A stretch of DNA of 64,000 nt from Hamiltosporidium tvaerminnensis FI-OER-3-3 (Eukaryota > Fungi > Microsporidia). Where the stretch lies: contig CM061247.1 in the NCBI GenBank assembly GCA_022605425.2, positions 1,674,001-1,738,000 of the forward strand. The letters run 5' to 3'. Both the position numbers and the translations under genes were made by a program. A model generated the notes under the pieces. That model searched no databases. It was not told the origin of the DNA and saw only the letters and a list, made by a program, of their open reading frames with translations. Positions 25,842 to 37,738 of the stretch are shown one piece after another. The number at the start of each line of letters is the position of its first letter. The first letter of the stretch is position 1.

Positions 25842-27540
25842 TAGTGGCATTTCGAGTTGTATAACTTTTTTTATTTGAGACAATTGTATTTTTCAGATTG
25901 ACATCAAAATTTAGGCCAAATCAACTATAACTTCGGTCATATGTATTAGATAACCCCTTTGCACAATTTCTTACAGCGACCTAGCCTTTAAAATTTCTTT
26001 GATAAAAATAAACTTTGCATTACATATTGCAAATTGATTCTTCCCTGAAAATTGATCTAGGCTTCCATGTATAGTGCCTAGTTTATAAATACTAGCAACT
26101 TTTATTTCCAGAAGAAATACCATAGTGTTTCTTGCATCGGTGCAACATCTGTGACATATTGAACTTAAACTCTCGCCCCGTGAGTCTTTTTGGCTGCATT
26201 GTATTTCAAATTTGAGATTTTGGCTTTTTTTCAGCTGTTTCTTGAGAGTCCGTACTAAAATATCTCAAATTTTTCATAGGTTTGATATTCTCCTTTTTTA
26301 AAATAAATATGCACTGATAAACTATCATAATCTAGATTTGCATATTTTTCATGACCGGAGACGGAAAGATTAGATGTCTTAAAAACATTCATTTGTTTTT
26401 CTTTTCTATGATAGCAGAATACTTTGCATAACTATGAATAAACAATACTTTATTCTTTATAATTTTTACCTGTTGCTATTTTGTCTGATACAATTTGCAC
26501 TGCACTTTCTTCCACAGATTTCAAATTGTTTCTACCCATCGATATTACCTTTAAGTCTTTCTAAGAATTGATTTTAGCAAGAAGGTCTATAGGACGAAAA
26601 CATTTTCAATCGATTTAACTTTTTTCATAACAGGGATCATATAGAATACGGTTTTTTCACACCGATGAGCATAATTTCCATAGTCTGAATAAACGTAATC
26701 TTTCCGACTATTTATTCTGTTGTTGTTTTCTAAACACGCAAAATGCATATTCTAACATCTTAATATGCACACATATCGACGCACCCATGACTTTGAGAAT
26801 GTCTGGGTTTTTCATTATAATCTGAAACCCGGGCCAAATTCCATATAGTTCTTCAGTAGTATTATCAACAAATTTACTCCAATTATCCCTTTGTAAGATA
26901 GAAAGCTCATCAAAAATTCTAAAAACTTCAAAGTATATACGCTTTCTCTACCGCTCTTTTGCCTTTGAGAAGTCGAGGTTTAATGAATAGGGTAAAATGA
27001 CCTTGGTATACAAGAATAAATTTATATTGATCATCTGTTCGTAATTGTATGTCGAAACTAAATCGAATTGAAATCCGGAGTTCATGCTTTAACTGTGTAT
27101 TGATGTTACAATCACCTTTTTTTGGTACATTGTGTTTTTTTACAAGGCATACAACAATTATAATACCTTAATATCATTTCTCCTGGGATATTGCAATCCC
27201 TTAAATTAACACTTTCTTTAATTTGGGCTCGAAAATCATGCCAAATTACAATATATGAATCATGTAATATTAGAAATTAAATTTTCCGATGGGCATAAAA
27301 CTTAATATGTTCTTTACTTTTTCCAACAGAAACAATCATTTTTTTCTTCTATTCAATGGTTAGCACATTCAATCTACAAAAAAGCTTATAATCTTCGGGT
27401 TTTTCTCTACTACTTTATTTTTAGATGCTTTAACTTTTTTTATTATCCCAAAGCATGTTTTTTTTGTGAAATTCGTGTATTTGGACTCTTGGATTAGCAC
27501 ATTTCATTCTTTTGATCTTCGTAACGATTTTACATATTTC
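25842..27540 (-). mobile_element. Second decayed integrase-type transposase (KRBA2/SCAND3-like, Ginger2-type)
   Basis: Minus-strand remnants: C..C near 27140-27160, FQFDLV near 27055-27075, ILQRDN near 26880-26900, PRHSQSHGCV near 26778-26808, and a Cys-rich tail ending NSKCH* near 25842-25862. Termini not identified. Confidence 0.7.
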
Positions 27541-27859
27541 ATATATCAGTTAACAGCCGTCCTTGTATTTTATTTTAAAAAAACACTGATAGCACTAAAT
27601 AAGAAAGGACTGGAATTAATTTTCTATTTTAAAGCGTAGAAAGGCTAGGCCTAAAGCTAGAACAAATTGCTGGTTCGGCAACTCCAATCACATCAGACGT
27701 TTATTGTTAGAGTTGGGTCAATTTTCTATATCGACATAAAATAGTAGCTGTGTTATAATCCTGGAAGTTTTTAAATTACTTAGTGTTTTTTTGAATTATT
27801 CTAATTAAACATAGCATATATGCAGTAAAACCTATCTACTTAAGAAACGATGAATGAAA

Positions 27860-28335
27860 TCGATGTGAAAATCATTATTTGAGTTTTTGCTGGAAGAAAA
27901 ACACACTAAACTTTCGGTTATTCTATGGGAATTCGCATAAAGAGAATAGAGTCTACAAATTAGTGAAATATTTTCCTAAAACCTGCTTTCAAATCATTTA
28001 TGTAGCTAGATCTGAAACCCAGACTAGAATTGACGTAAAAGTCATGGAAAACAATTGAAAACATGCTTTTGCTCACTTCATATTAAGATTCTGAAATTTG
28101 GTGATGCCAAAAAGCCCACCCTATATGAATACGTGAATGCTAAATAGCAAGTTATACCTTATGATATAACATTGCACGCCTATGTGATTTCCATGTAATT
28201 CTCGGTGATATATCTTAGCTGGATATTTATTAAGTTAGGAAAGTGTAAAGTACGTGGGAATTCTGCTTGGTTTTGAGCGAAAGCCCAGGCTGGTTATCGA
28301 CTTAAGATTACATTCCATTAAGAGACATTAATAAC
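27860..28335. repeat. Family A repeat copy 4, inverted and much more diverged
   Basis: Collinear with the reverse complement of copies 1-3 (TTCGGTTATTCTATGGGA, TTGCTCACT, TAGCAAGTTATACCT, GAAAGTGTA.AGTA.GTGG, AGCCCAGG, GACATTAA). Confidence 0.8.
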
Positions 28336-29624
28336 CATTATTAAACTTTTTAGCATATTACTTTGGATCTAAAAATCTTGCAAATGTAACTCTTTTTGGT
28401 TTAAGTATCGTAGGAAATACAGGGCTGTGTTGTGAAGCAATTATTGTTCATAAATCTAGAAAAAAGTTAATATCATGCAAAAAAATATAACATTTATATT
28501 TATATTAAAGACATTTATTAAAAAAAAGGATAAATTTTCTGAAATTTAACATAATCTAATTAAAAGACAGTTTTTTTTAATACTGGCTGCTAAAACCGTA
28601 CAAACGAACTTAATTTTACATTCAATAAGACATAATTCTGAATCTATAAATTGATATTTTTTTGAAATCATTATTTGAGCCTAAATTTCTCGATCATTTA
28701 TATTTTTCTCTATAATATTTTCACCTGGTCTGTCTAGTCGTATATTTATTGGTCTTTCATATCTGCTTTATGTCTGCTTTTGAGAAATTTTTTACAAGAA
28801 TTTCAGCATATTTTTTAATTAGCATATTTTCCGCCTGTTTTTTATTTAATGTTAAATTTTAAATTGCATTAGCTCTTCTTTACTTTCTCTAAATTTCTTT
28901 TACCGTGTATTACGACTGCTTGGGTTTACTTTTCGTTAGCATCAGGAAGTTTGCGGTTTTTCTTTGTCTGAAAAAAAGAATTTTCTGCATTGCATAATGA
29001 ATACGTTAATTAACTCTTTTGAAACTTCCAATTCTTTTTATCAAAAATGATTTAATTTAAGCAGAGAATTTTCTATGATATTATTTTAAACCAAATCATT
29101 TATATTTCATTATTACACAGAATACAAATTGATCATCAATCAAAAAAGGTCTTTTCTGATTAATTCTATTCAATTTTTATTAATTTATCGGTAAAAATTC
29201 TTACTAAAAAAACTTGAACAAAGTGCAGTGAATTGAATGTTTTTTCGAAATTAAGACTTCAAAAAACGTAAAGATTCAACGTTATTTATGCTATTTTGTG
29301 ATGTGCTATAATCTAGAAATAATATTTAAAAATAGTTGGGCCAATATTTTTTTCAAAAAAAAGGTGTTTCAACATGTTTCATGGTCTACTTCTGACCCGT
29401 GTTATTGTTTATTGTAAGATTACCGAACAATATAAACAAATTGGAGAGTGATATTCCAATTAGAAGACTGTAACTAGAGGTGTCTACAATCTAAAAACAA
29501 ATTAAATATTTCAAGATATCTTATCTTCACCGCCTAGTTGTGAGATTGCTCGATATATAATATAATAATAAAATTGGTTGGTAGATATGTTTCAGATTAT
29601 ATTTTACCTAGTTAATATAGCTTA

Positions 29625-29842
29625 TGGATGAAGAGAGGATAACCACATTAAAAAATATCTGGTGAGCAATGAATATGTGAAATTGATATGAAGACATTTT
29701 TACATTTTGGTGAGATATAACCGCCATTGGTTTATATACGCCACTCCCCTATAATCCTGAGTTACAACAAATTAAAAGAAGCAATTCGAAAATTTTCTTT
29801 TGTTCATCCTCGAAACTTAGAGGTAAAAGAAGATTGGAATAA
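29625..29842. repeat. Family B repeat copy 3 (inverted)
   Basis: Reverse complement aligns with 9635-9850 (TTTTACCTCT, GATTATAGGG, TCAATTTCACA, TAATGTGGTTAT). Confidence 0.8.
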
Positions 29843-30648
29843 GTTACTAAATATAGCTTGTATTTAATGAATACTTTACTTTTTTGTTCGGTAGTGCTCG
29901 ATATATAAAAATGAATCAAAGCAAGATCTTGCTAGGCCAAGATTATTACAACTTTCTCTTATCAAAGACATAAAGATTTAAAAATAAAAAAAAAACTCAA
30001 AAATAAAACTATAACCAATATTTGAATATAAAATGGTATAAATCAATATATTAAATCCGAAATATTCCAAAATTTACTATAAATAACCGTACTTTAATTA
30101 TAGATCTTAAAAATATTATATATAAAATGTGCAAAATCAAAAAAAGAAGTCTGACTCGCGAATAAAATATTTCTTTTTAAAAACATATTTTCTAAAATAC
30201 AGATTAGCAAGTATATAATTTTAAATTCCATGTTTTCAAATATAAATTCTTAGCCTATCCAACTATTAATATACAATTAAAAAGTTATATCAGAGATATA
30301 TAGAACAGTCTAAAAAAGAATTAAATATTTTTACGATACCATTGTATATTTTTTTCTTTAAATTCTATTTGATTTTTGAATTAAAAAAACATGCATTGAA
30401 GCCTTATTTACATGTGAAAAAAGATCTTTAGTAAAACAAGAAACTCTTTTTTATCAACGTTTTTCAATATAACATTTACTGAGATAGGAAGTATTCCTAT
30501 TTTTTAAAAAAATTAAATATTTTGATATTGAATTTTTAATTTTTATAAAAGTAAAGCACATTAAAAAATTTTTAACGTTCAAACTTTTAAATAATTTTTT
30601 TCTAGTAAATATTTAAAATACATCAAAACTTTAAAACAGTCTTTTTAT

Positions 30649-32277
30649 TTATTTTTTAACCTCAGGCTTTAATCTTTTACATTCACTAGAAAAACAATGT
30701 ACTTTCAATGAACCTTTAGAAATTTCACACCTACATGCCGGGCAACTTGATAAATTGAAATAAGTGCTTGTACATGGATGATTATCGACTGACTTTGGGT
30801 ACGTAAAGCATCCAAAACAAAACTTTTCGATAAAAGGATTTACGCCAAGATTTTTATCTGAATCATAATAATCATTTAGTGCTAGATATGACTTAAACGT
30901 ACTTAAAAATCTTGAATTAAAAACTTGGTTAGTAAGTCTTTCCTTTTCGGAACTATGAACACTCCTAATGTGTTTTAAAATCAAGGATAAGGATTTGAAA
31001 CTACAATTACAGATATTTTTTGGACAATCATAGATACTGGCTGATTTTAAATGAGAAAAGATGTGTATTTTTAGAGTAGAAAGTCTTTTGAATTTTTTTG
31101 AACATAAATCACAATTAAATATTGAATTTTTATACATATTTTCACTACAATAATTGCTTCTGTATGGAATCTTTTCAAAGTGATTGTATTGATCTTGATA
31201 TGTCAAACCATTTTCGGGAATATTTTTAAATGAAGAATCATTTGTATAGCAAGGAAAATCATTAGGAAAATCTGAATACAACTTATTATTTCGAGCGGGG
31301 TAACCATATTCGTTTGCATCTCCAGAATGCTGATGGAGATAATAATTTCCATAATTTTGTGGTGCATACGGATAACTCGCACCAATTCCAAAAGAAGTTG
31401 GGTACGCATATGGCATGTAAGATTCTACTGTTCCCGGAACAGTATTGAATATACCATTCTGATTGGTTGTTTCAGATTCGGGTGTCAACAAATTTATTCC
31501 ATCATAGGAAAATTCATTAATGTTTTTAGAAACCATATTATAACGACCATCTTTTTCATAATTGCATTGGATTTTGTTGGGTTGGTTTATATTATAGTAC
31601 GATTCTGCATTCATTTGTGGTATAAATGCTTCGTTTTTTATGTTTTTGTTATAAATATTGTGCGAAAATAGATTTCTGCTTTCTTCAGCATCATAGGATG
31701 CACATGTATTTAGGTAATTTGGAGATTGATTATCTTTTTTGTTGCTTTGCTTGCAGCTTTTTTCGGGCAAAATAAACATATTGTTTTTAGCGTTTTTTTT
31801 AACGACTTTCAGCTTTTTTAAGTTTAGATCGTTCTCTTTTGGATTTTTTTTTTTATTTTTTACAGATTCAACCACATTTTTATTTGATTTAAAAAACTCA
31901 TCACATAAAAAACTCTTTGAATCCAGTTTATTTATCGAATTGATATTTGTGTTGTACATATCATTAAAAATATCCACATTGTTGATCTCTTCTCTCAGAT
32001 TATTTCTTAAGTCACTCTCCATGTTGTACAAATCATCCATAGAATGTATATTATTGCTAAATTCTCTCGGATGATTTTTTAAACCATTAAATTTATACAG
32101 ATCTTGACAGTAGAAATCATCATTTGACTTGATATTTTCATTTCGTTGAAAGTTGTTGTGTTCATTATAATCATACACAGTATCAGTGTTAATTATGCTA
32201 TTCAATCTTGCTTGTCCTTCTTTAATATCATCTTCTGCTTGCATTTTTTCTTCTTCATTATTAAAATCTCTGCTCAT
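30649..32277 (-). CDS. C2H2 zinc-finger protein, probable transcription factor
   Basis: 542-aa ORF with fingers CDLC..F..L..HIFSH and CPKNIC..F..HIRSVH, a Cys/His-rich C-terminus, an Asn/Tyr-rich low-complexity N-terminal part and a basic KKNKKK-like stretch. Confidence 0.88.
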   Translation of the reverse strand: MSRDFNNEEEKMQAEDDIKEGQARLNSIINTDTVYDYNEHNNFQRNENIKSNDDFYCQDLYKFNGLKNHPREFSNNIHSMDDLYNMESDLRNNLREEINNVDIFNDMYNTNINSINKLDSKSFLCDEFFKSNKNVVESVKNKKKNPKENDLNLKKLKVVKKNAKNNMFILPEKSCKQSNKKDNQSPNYLNTCASYDAEESRNLFSHNIYNKNIKNEAFIPQMNAESYYNINQPNKIQCNYEKDGRYNMVSKNINEFSYDGINLLTPESETTNQNGIFNTVPGTVESYMPYAYPTSFGIGASYPYAPQNYGNYYLHQHSGDANEYGYPARNNKLYSDFPNDFPCYTNDSSFKNIPENGLTYQDQYNHFEKIPYRSNYCSENMYKNSIFNCDLCSKKFKRLSTLKIHIFSHLKSASIYDCPKNICNCSFKSLSLILKHIRSVHSSEKERLTNQVFNSRFLSTFKSYLALNDYYDSDKNLGVNPFIEKFCFGCFTYPKSVDNHPCTSTYFNLSSCPACRCEISKGSLKVHCFSSECKRLKPEVKK

Positions 32278-34799
32278 TCGTTAAACAATTATCCTAAAAG
32301 GCCTTTATATTTTTATATTTCCTAATTTTTTTGATTAAATAACTGATAAATAAAAAAATAATTCTTTCTTATCTTCAATTCTCCTTTAAGAAAAAAATGT
32401 TTTTTTTATTAAATAAATATGTCTAATTGAAACATAACGTACTAAATCATCAAAGAAATACAATTTAAAACTAATAATTTATCTAAATAACAAAATTTCA
32501 AGAAAATTTCATTAAAATGAAGATCAATCTTAATAAAAATGGATTTTTTTTAATTTATCACTTATATATCATTTCTTGACAATATCATTCTAGCCAATTC
32601 CAAATAAATACTAACCAATCAAATCCTCTAAAAAAGCCTCTCATTATTTTATCTCTTTTATATTTGACACTTTTATCGTAAATTTGATTTTAAAAAACAA
32701 TTGGTTTTGTTTTAATGTAAATGCTATCGAATATATTTTTATCCAAAAATTTCTCTGTATTGGTTCTTTAACTATTATTTTACAAGAAAAATATTTTTCT
32801 AAATCTTTTAAATTAATTTAATTAATTTAACCGATTTATAAATAATATTTTATCATTCTTGATTTTTTTTTTAATTTAATATAGATTTTTTAAATATTTT
32901 ATGTTATTTAAACACTTCCTATTAAATACTCGGTGTTTATCTGACAAAATCATTGGTATCTTTAATTTACTATAATTATTTGCTTTGGATAGATTTTTAA
33001 ATTTATTTTTTTTATTGAATTTAACAGCATAAAATTACACGTTACTAATATATTTTAATTTTCCTTTAGATGCAAATTTGAAGTTAAAAAAAAATATGCA
33101 ATTTTAAAAGAAATATTTGTTTATGGATCTATTTCTTCGGCGATTCTCGATTTATAAATGCAAAATGGAATGAAAACAATATGTGAAACAAAAAATGATT
33201 AAAAAATCGTTACTCATACAACACATAGCGAATTATATATTTTAAATGGAAACATTTGATATTCGAATCATATTGAACTTATAAAAAATATATTTACAAA
33301 GTTGTTTAATATATTTTTTTTCACAGATTAAATGATATTTTTGACATTCTCGATAAAAAGATGCAATCAAGCTAACTAAAGTAAATTGTAGCAATAAAAT
33401 TTTGGAAAGTATTTTTAAAAAAAATATTGACATAAGTCAAACTAACACAGATACTTATCAAATAAAATATATCCTTTTTATCAAAAAAACACATAAAATG
33501 TAGTTTTTGAAGTATTAATTTTTAACGTGAGTTATTCTTAGGAAATTTGTTCATAAATTTTAGTTCATATTAAGATCTGAAATACAGCGGCATTGAACAA
33601 GTGGATACTTTAAATTTGTCGTATTAAAATAAATCTTTAAATCAAAAAAATCTAGGCTGTTGGGAAGTATATTATTGATTATCATTTTTTTGAATTTAAA
33701 AAGCAATCTGAATCAAAAATATTATGTTTGGTGACATTTGCGGTTGAAATAAAATAGTTCTGTACTTTGCTAATATTGCTAGATTCATAAGCTATATTTA
33801 TAATGTTACGCAATGTAGACGAATATGAGTTACTTTTAAATGATAAACTCTTTAGTTTTTAAATTCGTGACCTTCGAGGTATAAATCGAGTTTCTGAAAT
33901 TACAAAAAATATCAATTTCATATCTATAAAAATTGAATTTTTCAAATCGAATTAAATTTCTTATGGTGATATTTTAGACAATGACATTTGTTTTTGATTT
34001 TCCATCGAGAACGTTACCTATAAATGATAGAAATTATCGGTGGAATTTATAAATTCACCTATTTACATTCGATATTTTCAATTGGGAAACCTTTTTTTTA
34101 AATAAACTGCTTATCACAATAAAAAAAAATGTTGATATGATTTATTTACCATAAATGAAATCGGCAATTTTGTTTAATTAGAATTTTTATAATGTAAAGA
34201 ATTTATGAAATAATGTTTATTACTTAATATTTGGGTAGATACATTTTCCTTACGTTAAAAAAAATTAATCACTATTTAAAGACCATACATTTTCTCTTCT
34301 AAATTCGAATATTCGTTTATATTTTTGTCAATTTCTACTCTAGCGGGGTTCTTTAACTAAAATATGGGATTCTTTTTCATTGTTTATATTTATTTAACAA
34401 CATTTTCTTGGTTACTAGATTGTCTGGAAAAGGTGTTGGTTCCTATGACAGTTAGAATCCCCGTAAAACACTCAATGATGCGGTTTACCAACTCTCTTCG
34501 TAATTTTGATTTGAATTGAGTCCTATTCGTAGATCAGAGAAAATTTTTCGACTGATTCTTTGTGCACTATTGACCGAATGTATTCCTTTAAGATATGTTT
34601 GCGTCATTTTTCACAAAACCGCCCCTCTTTTAAGCACAACATGAATTATATATATATACTACATTTAAACATGACCCCCATCTCATTTGCCATTAGGTCA
34701 TAATTTATAAGTTTCCCGGTTTTATTTATTCCAAGTGGGCCCTGGGAAGTGAATTATATTTAATTGGGTGTTTGGAATTTAAACTCTTATCTAAGATAA

Positions 34800-35645
34800 A
34801 TATATCAGTTATATAGTTAGGAGTTTTGAATTCGGTTTTCTTTAGGGCTTGCATTATATTTCCATCAGATCAATAAAAGAATTTCTTGAGCTATTGACTG
34901 CTAATTTATTTTGTAAACGTAGATTTGTAACTATTTGGAATAATTTAATGTAGGCATTATACTACTTCATTATGCTGTCTAGTATGGTCATGTCCAAACA
35001 TTTCATTAGAATTTTTAGTTTATGGTCTAATTTTTTCGAAAATCGATTCTAATGACGACACACTTCTCTGCTACCCAGAATACGTTCCATTCTAAATAAA
35101 ACAAAGCAAAGATTAATCGCGCTAGCTTGAATTTGGGTTATTTAGCCATATTAAGAGTCATTAACACCCACTAGCCTATATTTTCGGGTTTTGTATAACT
35201 TTGAATGTATTCCTCGCTTTAATATTCTGTTATATAAGTTAACTTGTTGACTTTAATCAATTTAATTTTCGGAATTTACTCTGATAAACATATTTTTTTG
35301 TAAAAGTCTTTTATTGTGCAAAATAGATTTCGTGTGTTAATTTACAACTTTGATTTGGTGCTTTTCGAGTAAATGTTTCTTTTGATTTTTCTAACCATCA
35401 CAAAAGTTGTAAAAGCATTGTTCGCTTTTAAAAGCAACAATATACCAACCGTATTCATGTTCTCCATTTAGAGGTATCGACACTCTTTACAAAAAAAAGC
35501 TGAAGTTATCTTTTTTATATCAACTCCGCGCGCACTGCATCATCTAATTTATAATCAGCAGGCTCAAGCGAACTGCGCCTATATGATAGTCGATATATTT
35601 TATTGCGCTTTGATTGATGGCTTTATGGAATAATATTATTCGGTA
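34800..35645 (-). mobile_element. Old decayed copy of the RLE LINE
   Basis: Reverse complement gives AINQ.AI, YHIG, LEPAD, LDDAVRA, NVFW and GHDHT in the same order as 10430-11100. Confidence 0.78.
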
Positions 35646-36991
35646 GCTGTAAATACAATTCATCACATCTTAAATTGTAAGATTTTTTTATTGTATAAAC
35701 GCCTATAAACTAACGTAATGACACTATTAAGATTAAGAAATTGCTCCGTAGTTATGTCGAAATGTTCTATTGAACGTTCTGTGATTAATTTTTATTGAAA
35801 AGATTTTTCTTTAAATTATTTAATACTCGGTTATTTCGTCATATCTTTATTCATATTTTATCTCTTTCTTTTTTTAATTTATATCATCGTTCAAGGTTAA
35901 TTGTTTTTTTTTTTATTTTTTTTTACAAATCCTTTCAATTGGGAAAGTTTGGCCTAAATTTGAGTTTTAAGCGTGTTATTTTAAATCTATCTCTCCAAAA
36001 TTTATTCTCTATTAAGTTTATATGGAATAGAAGATGGGTTGTGGCGCATCAAACACATGTGTTATTCCCCCGAGTCCTTTTCTTGTCTCTCATTGTTCTT
36101 TATTCTAGATAAATTTTCTTCTTTGATTCAAATATTGTTTCAGATGGTTTTCCGTACACTATTTGACATTTGCGGCTATTTTTAGGTAAACTGAGGCTCT
36201 TAAAATATGCATTGTGTATAACGAGCCATTACTTTTTTTAATTAATATTAATCGATTTTTTATACACCAAATCTACGAATATAATCTTAGACCTAGCCAG
36301 AAGCTATACTCTTTTTGGAATTTATACTATCTAAAGTGAATTTCGGAAAATACTCTGTTTAATATACACATTTGGATAATGTTTCCTTGCAATAATAAAA
36401 AAATATTTTTTTTGAGACTTTCGAAACAGTTTGTACTGTAACTCAGAGATTGTTTCGCACGTCTATTTCCAAAAATTTCTTTATTTATTTGAGTGATAAA
36501 TATTTTTTAAGACACAGACTTATATTTATTTACCTAAAGAAGCAATGAAGTATAAGAGTGTTTATATAATTGTGCTTTAAATTCGCAGAAGAACATTTTT
36601 TAGAACAAGTCGATCAATAAACAGAAATCTTTCTGGATTTTATAATTGTTAATACTTCCTTTTAAACCCATAAACACTTCTCTAGGCTTGATATAGTCGT
36701 ACTGAAATCCAGGAAGCCGGTTGATACACCATTTTTAATCAATTTGAAGAAATAATTGCAATAATTGCTCTCTATTTCCAAATTTTTTGATTTTAAAATA
36801 TATTTCTGTTTTCTAGTGTATGATATAAAGGCTTTACCCAAATTTTCTAATATTTCCCTCTTCTAATATCATAAAATCATAGTTGAGACTAATTTCGCTT
36901 TTTATTAGCTCAATATTAACTCGTGTATGATTTTTCATTTCGAATTTTCGATCTCTATCTGAGTTATTTAATCTTTCCAGACAATCTAGAA

Positions 36992-37738
36992 CAGAGGTCT
37001 CCAAACTACGGTCCGCGGACACTTTTCATCCGGCCCGTGGCTACATTTCTTTTATTTGATAGATTTATTTCAAATTTGAAATAAAATAAAAAAAGATAGG
37101 TAAATCATACAAAAAGAATTAAAATATAGATAATTTAGGCATGAATTTGTAATGGAAAGAAGATTCATAGAGTTTTTATTATTTTTTTAAACTAGCAATC
37201 ATTTCTTTATTATTTTATACTAACAAATCAAAATGAAATAACAAAAACACATGGCACAATTAATTATTAATTAGATTAATGTAGTTGAAGTTTTTACGTG
37301 ATAATTTGTTAAAATTATTCGTTAAATTTACTAGAGAGAAATTTCCAGAAAAGACTTCGAGTGCTTGTCTCTTAATTTAGATCTGAAAATGTTTTTTCTG
37401 TACTTCATTTTAGAAAATATTTCTTCGCATAAATGGGTAGAATCGAAAGCGGGAATAAAACCTCATGCAAATTTATGAACTTGATTTGATTGTGTGGCTG
37501 GAAGACTCTTATAAAATTTCACTGGTTTATTTATCTATTTTTATATAGAAATATCTTAATATAGACGTTTATTTTTATGAAAACTATATTAAACTTTAAA
37601 AATCGATTTACAATATTAAAAATTAAAATTACAGAAATATTTTTCTGCATGGTGGCATAAAAAGTAATATTTTCTTGGCCCGCGGGACATTTTTTTAGAA
37701 GTCAATGTGACTCACCAGCCAAAAGTTGGAGATCTTTG
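36992..37738 (-). mobile_element. Internally deleted hAT (Buster/Spin/Charlie-type) element
   Basis: Ends CAGAGGTCTCCAAACT / AGTTGGAGATCTTTG, subterminal GGCCCG repeats and an 8-bp TSD ATCTAGAA/ATTTAGAA (nnnTAnnn). Minus-strand FDSTHLCEEIFSKMKYRKNIFRSKLRDKH resembles the hAT dimerisation region. Confidence 0.9.
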
